A stretch of 64,000 nucleotides of DNA from Octopus vulgaris (taxonomy: Eukaryota): the NCBI GenBank assembly GCA_951406725.2, contig OX597827.1, positions 20,956,001 to 21,020,000 of the forward strand, read 5' to 3'. Position 1 is the first letter of the stretch; every line of letters starts with the position of its first letter. The notes beneath the pieces were generated by a model that saw only the letters and a program-made list of their open reading frames with translations, was not told the origin of the DNA and did no database searches. Both the position numbers and the translations under genes were made by a program. Shown one piece after another: positions 54,885 to 64,000 of the stretch.

Positions 54885-55070
54885 GCCTTCGTTAAGGCGG
54901 GGGTATTGTTTTCAGTCGTGTTTGTTTGTCTTTGGACAAGATATCTCACGAACCGCTGGATGGATTCGGATGAAACTTTGAGGGATGTTTGGCCTCGTGG
55001 CTGGCACGGTCTCATTAGATTTTGGGATCGACTCGGTACCGGACAAAGATTCTGGATTAAACTGATTCTA
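54885..55070 (+). mobile_element. Helentron/DINE-like non-autonomous fragment
   Basis: GGTATTGTTTTCAGTCGTGTTTGTTTGTC...GATGAAACTT pattern. Confidence 0.45.
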
Positions 55071-55689
55071 TTGTTTTGCCTGGGCCTCAATGGTTGCTCA
55101 TGGAAATGAAAATTTGAGTCAACCTAAAAGTTTAACTCGGAATCAGCAGTATGTGAATAAAATGTGTACGTCGTTTATTGGACACCTAAGTACCCTAGAA
55201 AAATTGTTTTCGTTTTAAAGACATTATTTTTTTTCTTTTATTCTGTTTAAATAAAGAACTTAATAAGAGGAATCTAATGGAAATTTTCGTCAAAATTTTT
55301 CTGTAGAAAAAAAAACGTTACGAGGTAAAATATGGCAAAATTTAAGGGTTAGCTCATGCCATCTTTTACAGGAATTCTGTTTGACAAAGAAATCTTAACT
55401 GCTTTTAAACCAGAGTTGTAGATAAAAAGACTACAATAGTTTATCTCTTTCTACCAGCGAGAAAAAAACTTGCCTTATTTTATCATTAACTTTTATCAGT
55501 TCTTATCATTAACATTAATTTTATCTTATTATTCTTATTCATGTCAAATTTTCCTCACGATTTCTGATCTTATATTTATAGTTTTATTTATTTATCCATT
55601 CATTTTATCATTAATCTTATCATTTACCTGTTTCTTCAACCCTATTTTTGTTTATTTTCGCCAAATCCTCGTTAATTACTTTCGTAATA

Positions 55690-56958
55690 AAGAATGTGTA
55701 GTGGCTAGCGATCTATCATGGCGAATGCCGGACAGAAGGGTCACACAGGAAAGCTGGAGAGAAGGGGAGATAATAAAGTAGTGGTGATGCCAAAACGAAG
55801 GTACGCGTGCGTGTGTATAAGAGAGTGTGTGTGTGCGTGTGGAAGAAGGCTGGTGATCTAGACGTGTGCGTGTGTGTATGTGCAAGTGTGAAAATGTGGG
55901 TCTGGGAAGTGGTCAGTGCTGATGTGTCCGTGGTGGTGTGTTGTGATGTGATGTGTGATATGGTGGTGGAAGGTGTAGTGGTGTGTGATGTGGTGTGATG
56001 GTGTTAGGGGGTGGGGGAGGCGAGAGTGGGGAAAGCAAGGGTGGGGTGTGGGTTAAGTTGAGTGTGGGGTATGTCGGTAGGCAGTGGATGGGGTAGAGGT
56101 GGGGTATGTGGGAGTCGGTGTAAGGCATGAGGTGGTGTGGGATGGGGAAGGATAGGGAAGGTGGGGTGGAATGTGTAGGGATGGAATGGTCTTACGACGG
56201 AGGGGTGACGATGAAGGGGGAGGAGAGGTGGGTAGCAGAGAAGAGAATAGAGAAGGAGTGAAGAGAAGTAGGAGTCGGAGCAAGAGAGGAGAGGTGGGTG
56301 AGAAGAAGTAGATGTTAGGGGGAGAGCGGCGAGGGGAGGAAATTAAATGAAAAGGGGAGGAGAGTTGAGCCTATGTGGCGCAAGGGAATGAAGAGAGAAG
56401 ATTAATCCCTGTTCACGGCGCAAATGGGGATCTGGATGGCCCCTGTGCAAGGACAATCCGAACATTGACAGGTGTTGCAATGAGTGATCGGTAGTGCGGA
56501 AATGGCGCGATACCGGGGTCTCATTGCCGAGTCGGATGTCTTGGAGGTGTTCCGCGAACCGGTCAGCAAAGCGGTGTCCCGTTTGCTCGATGTATAGAGA
56601 AGGGCAGAGAGAGCAGGAGATGCAGTAGATAATATTGGTAGAAGTGCAGGTGAAGGAGTCGATGATGCGATAGGGTCGATGATGGGTGTCGGTGAGGAGG
56701 GTGGTGTTGGAGAGGTAAGGGTAAGTGCGGCAGCGTGGACGGGAGCAGGGGAACGAGCCGGGTTGGGAGGTTGGGTTAGGGAAGAAGCTGTGGACCAAGA
56801 GGTCTCGTAAGTTGTGGGCTCGTTTGAATGAGGGGAGGGGTCGTTTAGGGAAGATGTGCAAAGTGGAGGGGTCGGACTGGAATCACCGCAAGGCTCGGAG
56901 AATGGTGCGTTGGAGAGGTAGGGTGGTGGGATGGTAGGCGGGTTCGGGGTGAGAGAGC
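55690..56958 (-). mobile_element. Penelope-like element 3' part, GIY-YIG ORF 56343-56861
   Basis: FKRAHNLRDLLVHS, CSRPRCRT and NIIYCISC...LYIEQT...RFAEH motifs; a ~55 bp piece is repeated at 58463-58517. Confidence 0.88.
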
Positions 56959-56980
56959 ATATATATATATATATATATAT

Positions 56981-57250
56981 GGGGGAAAACAAAAAGAAAA
57001 AAATACACGGATATAAAAAAACACTGGCTTTTTTAAAGAAAAGCAAAGATATACACATACGATTAAATGATTTGAGGTAGAATTATGAAGAATAAAAACC
57101 ATTATTATGAATCAGATTCCTAATAATGGTTTTTATTCTTCATAATTCCACCACAAATCATCTAATTGTATGTATATATCTTTGCTTTTGTTAAAAGAAA
57201 AGCCTGTTTTTTTATATCTAATGTGTATTTTATTCTTTTTCCTTTTCCCC
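56981..57250. repeat. Imperfect palindrome (~130 bp arms) between (TA)n tracts
   Basis: GAATTATGAAGAATAAAAACCATTATTA / TAATAATGGTTTTTATTCTTCATAATTC core. Confidence 0.8.
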
Positions 57251-57295
57251 TATTCATACCACGAGTAGTCTTTTTTCTTTAAAACCTATTTCTAT

Positions 57296-57379
<84 letters not shown>

Positions 57380-57525
57380 TAGATAGATATATAGATAGAT
57401 AGATATATAATATATATATGTATATACATATTCATATATATATATATATATATATATATAGATAGATAGATATATAGATAGATAGATATATAATATATAT
57501 ATGTATATACATATTCATATATATA

Positions 57526-57574
<49 letters not shown>

Positions 57575-58639
57575 TCATACATATGCACATACACATGAGT
57601 GTGTGTGTCTTTGAGTCTGTGTTTTTTGTCCCTAATCACCACTTGACAATCGGTGTTGGTGTGTTTATATCCCCGTAACTTAGCAGCTCGGCAAAAGAGA
57701 CCGATGGAATAAGTACCCGGCTTTAAAAAACTACTGGGGTCGATTTATTTGTCTAAAAAAATTCTTCAAGGCGTTGCTCCAGCATGGCCACATTCTAATG
57801 ACTGAAACAAATAAAAGATAAAAATAAAGGATCTTACACACGTTCGCGCACGCGCACAGACTAACAACTGAATCTGACACGAAAGAGAAAGTTAGCAGAA
57901 GATGAGAACGGTGGGAGTAAAGAAATATGTCGAAAGGAAGATGAACTTTGATTTGTGCAATGAAGAAACTGGAGAAAAAGCAAAACGAAAGTTTTCCCAA
58001 TAAGGAAATAAAGCAGAATCGGGAATCTTTTTTGGGAGAAGAAAACTGTTTAAATAAAACCAACAGAAAATTTTGATAGAGAAGACAAAATGGAGTTACA
58101 AAATGCAAGGAGGAAAAAGAGAAAATCACTTCATGTGGAAAATGTCACAAAACTGTGCAGGGTGGAAGGGCATGGATGGCGTAAACAGTCTGAGTTACAA
58201 ATAGAAACAGAAAATCTTATTTCAGCTGCGCAATACCAATGGTTAGTCATGCCTAGAAAAGTATAATAATCAAACCATGCAACCAATTCAACGAAACGGT
58301 TAAGCACATCATTCGTGGCTGAGTAGACCTTGCCCACCGTGACTATACTCAGAAGCCAGGCTGAGTTGGTAGCTTGTTCACTGAGCAATGACGCAGCCTT
58401 GCCAACTGGATGGTGGCAATGAGTAGCATAAACAACTAGCAAACACATGACAACCACATGAGCAGAAGGGGAGATAATAAAGTAGTGGTGATGCCAAAAC
58501 GAAGGTACGCGTGCGTGGGAAATTCTTATTCGTATTATTAACACGGAGGGCAAAGTAAATTGTTCGGAGAAAATAGGAAAAACAAAAAAATAAACGTGTG
58601 AAACAAAAATGTTTACTCCAGTCTACTAATAGGTATACC

Positions 58640-58865
58640 TATTTCTTTATTGCCACAAGGGGCTAAACACAGAGGGGACAAACAGAGACAGACAAACGGA
58701 TTAACTCGATTACATCGACCCCAGTGCGTAACTGGTCCTTAATTTATCGACCCCGAAAGGATAAAAGGCAAAGTCGAACTCGGCGGAATTTTAACTCAGA
58801 ACGTAACGGCAGACGAAATACGGCTACGCATTTCGCCCGGCGTGCTAACGTTTCTGCCAGCTCGC
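58640..58865 (-). mobile_element. tRNA-SINE (Meta-core-like) with 14 bp TSD
   Basis: TSD CTAATAGGTATACC; related to 31051 and 53043. Confidence 0.88.
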
Positions 58866-59184
58866 CTAATAGGTATACCAGTCCTTTTTGACCAAAGCGT
58901 TTTCAAAACTGAGGCACAGGATCCCTCAACATGTAAGGATTTTGAAATTATCAGAAAATGAAGCTTTAAAATAGAACAGCATCAACACTATTTGGAGCCC
59001 ACCGGGTTTCATTTAGAAAATATGAGAAAAAATATGCAAATCACACTGGGCAATCAACTTTATTTTGGGCAAACTTGGTCCTGCTTGACACAGGACACAT
59101 TTTATATAACACTCTTTCATATAGCACAACAGTACACATGCACTATTGAACACAGCACATACCCTATTCACAGAACACATACTA

Positions 59185-59269
<85 letters not shown>

Positions 59270-59421
59270 CAGAGAAACCCGGGATTAAAAATGGCATAGT
59301 TTTTCTTATTGTTTTACTTGTTTCGTTCATGTGACGGCGGCCATGCTGGAGCACCGCCTTTAGTCGAAGAAATCGACTCCAGGATTTATTCTTTGCAAGC
59401 CTAGTATTTATTCTATCGTCC

Positions 59422-61290
59422 TGCTGCAATCATAAGCTGAGCGCCGTGCTTCGACAAGATTTCGGCCCATTAGGCTTAGTATCTCTCCACACGGTGGGCC
59501 TGCAACAGCTGGGCGTATTGCGTTTCAACCGGACTCATGACAGTTTTGTGGCCTTATCCGGATTCATAAAGCACCTGGTAATCCAAGCACTGCCCTCAAC
59601 TGCTTTCTCCCCATATTCCTTGATGGTTGTCCTCGTTGCAAATACACCAGCCACCTTCTGAGAGAAGCTGCTGGGAAGCCCTTGCAGCCGACCTCGAACG
59701 CAAACAGCTCACAGATGTAACCCTTCGCTCGAATCTTAGCTACCAGCTCTTCATAGCCCAACAGCCTCCGCTTATGGACCTCGGCAATGCTCTCCTCCCA
59801 TGACACAGTAAGCTCCCCAGGGACACACGTCTCTGACCCTCATCTACCAAAACCGAGTCGGGCCGGAGTGCTGACACCATGATGCTTTCAGGCACTGGTT
59901 TGTCCACGAACACCTCCCATTTTCTGTCTTCGGCCTGCCAAGGTTTATGTCTCTTTGGCCTGACACCTTGCTTCACAAATGCTATCTTGCGCAAGCTCAT
60001 TTCAGGCACTCGACCCTCTCTTGCAGCTGAAACAACAACGCTTAGCACTAAATTATGTCTAAATGTATACCATCCAGACTGGAGTGCTTTTGGGCAAGCT
60101 GACAGCATGTGTTTGAGGCTGCCATACTTTCCGCACAAGTGGCACTGTGGACTCTATTGGATACCCCATTTTTGAGATTGGTGGAGACAGATGCACATCA
60201 TCCTAATTCAGCCACCGACCCTGCTGTGCTTGTTGCACTGCGTGAACCAAACGCCTCTCATCTTCCTGCTGTCTTACTTGTTGTTCACGTAGCTTCCGCT
60301 GTTCTTGTTCACTTAACTCAGACCAGAACCGCTCTCTCTTGACAAGCCCCACATCAGCAGCCCTGTCATCTATCATCACTCCACGCACTTCACAGCATGC
60401 TGAGCCATCTTACTAGCGATCGCCACAAACACCTCAGTAACTTCGGAGAGTTCTTGTACACCGCATGTGTCACCCCATTAGGGCCACCAGCAGAACCAGC
60501 CCTTGCTTTGCGCACCACCTCCTGAACTTCCTTGAATTTGACCATGGAAGTATCAAACTCTGCACCTGAAGGGGTGGGTCTACTCAGCCCTGGTAGGTGT
60601 TTAACCTCAGCTCCTCTGTTGGTATCAGAATAAGTTCGCTTGAGATGGGTTTCCAGCTCTTCCTGCTCAACAGTCAGCACACCACTAGTTCTCTCCTTAA
60701 ACAGCCGTTTAACAAAGCGGAAGGGGTTTTCAGTAAAGGCTTTCCTTGCCTTTGCAGCTTCCTTCTGTTTCTTGGCATGACGCTACGCTCTACCCATATT
60801 ACTGATCTTCTAACGAGTTTCACACAAGAGGATCTCAATCTCAACCTTGGAGGGATTTTCTTGCAGTACTGCTCTTAAACTTCTTGCATCTTTTCGAAGT
60901 TCACGGATAGCTCTTCTCCTCCGGGATTCCTTCGCCTGAACTGTAGGTCTTTCAGTCAGCTCACGCAACCCATAATCACTCATCATCTCTCCTAGCACTC
61001 GGACTTTCCTGCTTGGATTACATTTGACCGTGCAGAAAGCTGCAGGCAAGACCTCGTCCATTATAAAACCATGCTTTATCAGAGGCACGATCCCACTTTA
61101 TCACTCTCCGGCCAGAAACTGGAACTGATGTAGGGTCTGTGGGACACTGGGGTGCTTGACCTGGTCCCAACACCGGCATTCGCCGAGCGATTATCAGTTA
61201 CCAGCTTCAAACCACGCTTCGTCTTTGTTTGGTGGATCTTCCTGCCTTTCACAGACTTCAAGACTCGCCTACATCCACTATATACCAACT
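59422..61290 (-). mobile_element. HERO-like RLE non-LTR retrotransposon, internally deleted
   Basis: N-terminal KGRKIHQTK; SAGGPNGV; CGKYGSLKHMLSAC...YTFRHN; LRPD; FEVGCKGF; RT core absent. Confidence 0.85.
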
Positions 61291-61328
61291 AATTTCCATC
61301 ATAGCCATATAAATCTATATATATATAT

Positions 61329-61371
<43 letters not shown>

Positions 61372-61372
61372 T

Positions 61373-61443
<71 letters not shown>

Positions 61444-61537
61444 TACATGTATGTATATATACATATATATATATATACATGTATATATATACATGTATAT
61501 ATATACATATATATATATACATATCTATACATATATA

Positions 61538-62807
61538 CGAGGGGCGTTCAATAAGTAATGCCCCTGACCCACTTGCAGTTGTTTGATCTAGCTGAAATTT
61601 TGCATGTGCACTTATTTATACCTCTATAGATTAAGTGGCGAATTACAGCTCTGAACTAATTGTGGTTTCTGATTTACAGGTGTTTGAACTGAGTCAAGTG
61701 TGAAATGGAGCCTGTTGAGTGTCGAGCAGTGATCTGGTTTTTGTATTTGAAAGGACGCACACCACGGGAGACTTTTGATGAAATGAAAGTAACTTATGGT
61801 GATGATGCCCCATCATATGACCTTGTAAAACGCTGGCATTTTGAATTCAAACATGGTCGGAACTCTGTGGAAACAGCTCCCAGATCTGGTCGCCCCCTTC
61901 TGCCGTTGATGAGACGTCTGTCCGTCAAGTTGAGGCTGCTATTTTGGAAGGTCAACGCATAACTATTCGCCAAATAGCCCATAAGGTCAAGATTAGTACC
62001 GGGTCTGTGGAAACTATCATTCATGACCATTTGCATATGCAAAAGGTGTCTGCCAGACAGATTTCCAGGTTGCTCACACCTTTCCAGAAGCATGAACGCG
62101 TTGAGTGCTCGAGGATGAATTTGGAGATGTGCCAAGAAGATGAGTCAAAATTTTTCAAAAGACTGATCACACAGAATAAAACCTGGGTCCATCACTATGA
62201 TCCATAGACCAAAGCCCAGTCAATGCCGTGAAAGCACCGTGACTCACCTCCTCCAAAGAAGGTAAGGGTGCAGCCCTCCGCTGACCAGGTTATGCTCACA
62301 GTCTTCTGGGACCAGGACGGAGTAGTGATGACAGATTTCCTGGCAAAGGGTACCACAATTACAGGAGCCTATTATGCTTCACTTTTGAGGAAATTAAGAG
62401 AAGCTATCAAAATCAAGAGGCGGGGCAAGATCAGCAAAGGCATCCTCCTCCTGCAGGACAACGCTCCGGTCCACAACTCGCGTGTCGCCAGATCAGAAGC
62501 ACAGGCGTGCAGCTATGAACTCCTCCCCTTGCACCCTCTGATTTTCACCTCTTCCCAGCCATTAAGTTGATTTTCAAAGGAAAGCGTTTCCCAGATGATG
62601 CAGCCTTGATTTCTGAAGTCACGTCGTGGTTGGAGGACCAAGCTGGGGTCTTCTACAAAAACGGTCTCCAGAGCTGTATCAAACGATGGGAGAAATGCAT
62701 AACTCTGGGTAGTTCCTATGTAGGAAAAGACTAATAACTGTGCCAAGTGTCGTTGCTCTACTGCTATGGGAAGTGGGTCAGGGGCATTACTTATTGAACG
62801 CCCCTCG
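61538..62807 (+). mobile_element. Full-length inactive mariner transposon
   Basis: Perfect 37 bp TIRs and TA TSD; frameshifted transposase (ECRAVIWFL, TWVHHYDP, LLQDNA). Confidence 0.95.
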
Positions 62808-62821
62808 TATATATATATAGA

Positions 62822-62865
<44 letters not shown>

Positions 62866-62966
62866 CATATACATACATATATATGTGCAGATATATGTAC
62901 ACAGATATGCATGCATGCATATATATACACACATACATAATATATATATGCACACATAATATATAC

Positions 62967-63036
<70 letters not shown>

Positions 63037-63057
63037 ATGTATGTAGGTAGGTATATA

Positions 63058-63156
63058 TGTAATGTGAGATAATATTTTCATTTTTAATAGTTTCACTATG
63101 TATACATTATATACATAGTGAAACTATTAAAACTGAAACTATTATCTCACATTACA
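63058..63156. repeat. Short imperfect hairpin
   Basis: TGTAATGTGAGATAAT...ATTATCTCACATTACA. Confidence 0.75.
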
Positions 63157-63376
63157 ATAGACATGTTATTGTTTCACTTTTAACGCGTAATACCGAAACA
63201 GTGTAAGAGATTGTTCCGGACTTGCACTAGGCAAGATTTGAAACATTTTTTGGCTCATGACACTCCATGGACCGTAAGTAGTGTAAGTGTAAAATTTGAA
63301 TGAAATCAGTTGGGTAGTTCTCGAGTTTTAGTGAGGCACACATACAGACACGCAGACAGACTGACACGTATTCTCA

Positions 63377-63440
<64 letters not shown>

Positions 63441-63443
<3 letters not shown>

Positions 63444-64000
63444 TCTCAGAGCGAGTTATAAACAGTAGCGGTAACACATCGTGTTGCATATTTGCCATTT
63501 GAATATGGCTAACCCATAAGGGTGGATGCTACTGTAGTTTGTAGCCCCAGGAAGATATCTACTCCAGTTGGCTATAGACACACTATCTGTGTCCTGTCAG
63601 TATTTGTGAAGGGGAGTCATCCTCCCCGTCTTCAACACATGATACACACGTACCCGAGTTTCAAGGTGTTTACCTTTCATCAGCGTGTGACAATCATGGT
63701 TGTCGACGAGAAGTCAGATCCCTTCACAAATACATATACTTTTTCCAGTGTCGATTTGACACTGATAATGAAAAAGTGAAATCAAACAATGATAAATCTC
63801 AGAGCGAGTTATAAACAGTAGCGGTAACACATCGTGTTGCATATTTGCCATTTGAATATGGCTAACCCATAAGGGTGGATGCTACTGTAGTTTGTAGCCG
63901 CAGGAAGATATCTCCTCCAGTTGGCTGGAAAAAGTATATGTATTTGTGAAGGGATCTGACTTCTCGTCGACAACCATGATTGTCACACGCTGATGAAAGG
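63441..64000. mobile_element. Penelope-like terminal repeat array (direct plus inverted repeats)
   Basis: Direct repeat 63442-63573 / 63795-63926; inverted repeat 63673-63748 / 63925-64000; follows (TA)n. Confidence 0.8.
63645..63689 (-). ncRNA. Minimal type I hammerhead ribozyme, intact core
   Basis: CACACG-CUGAUGA-AAGGU aaac ACCUU-GAAAC-UCGG-GUA-CGUGUG; a second copy starts on + at 63984. Confidence 0.85.

Noticed and set aside
63442-63926. Repeat-spacer-repeat pattern resembling CRISPR or LTRs
   Set aside because: Only two long units in eukaryotic DNA, with no TG..CA ends; better explained as PLE terminal repeats.

Overview
AT-rich, microsatellite-dense animal genomic DNA; the SINE/LINE content strongly suggests an octopod cephalopod. 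There is one 100-N gap. Two host genes are supported and they converge. The first is the last two exons of a + strand gene for an unidentified protein with a GPI-anchor-like C-terminus (3884-4790). The second is an arginase gene on the - strand, with eight phase-consistent coding exons (51921 down to 18665) and all Mn-binding motifs intact; its first exon was not found. The rest is mostly transposon debris: tRNA-SINEs, CR1, RTE, CRE, R4/Dong, HERO and Tx1-like LINEs, Penelope-like elements, mariner/Tc1, hAT, Merlin-like MITEs and Helitrons. The most striking unexplained signal is a set of short fold-back elements next to (TA)n tracts. Several carry type I hammerhead ribozyme cores, including a perfect 100-bp palindrome encoding a hammerhead on both strands, present twice in arginase introns. 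TE clade names come from motif recognition, not database searches, and most TE boundaries are approximate.
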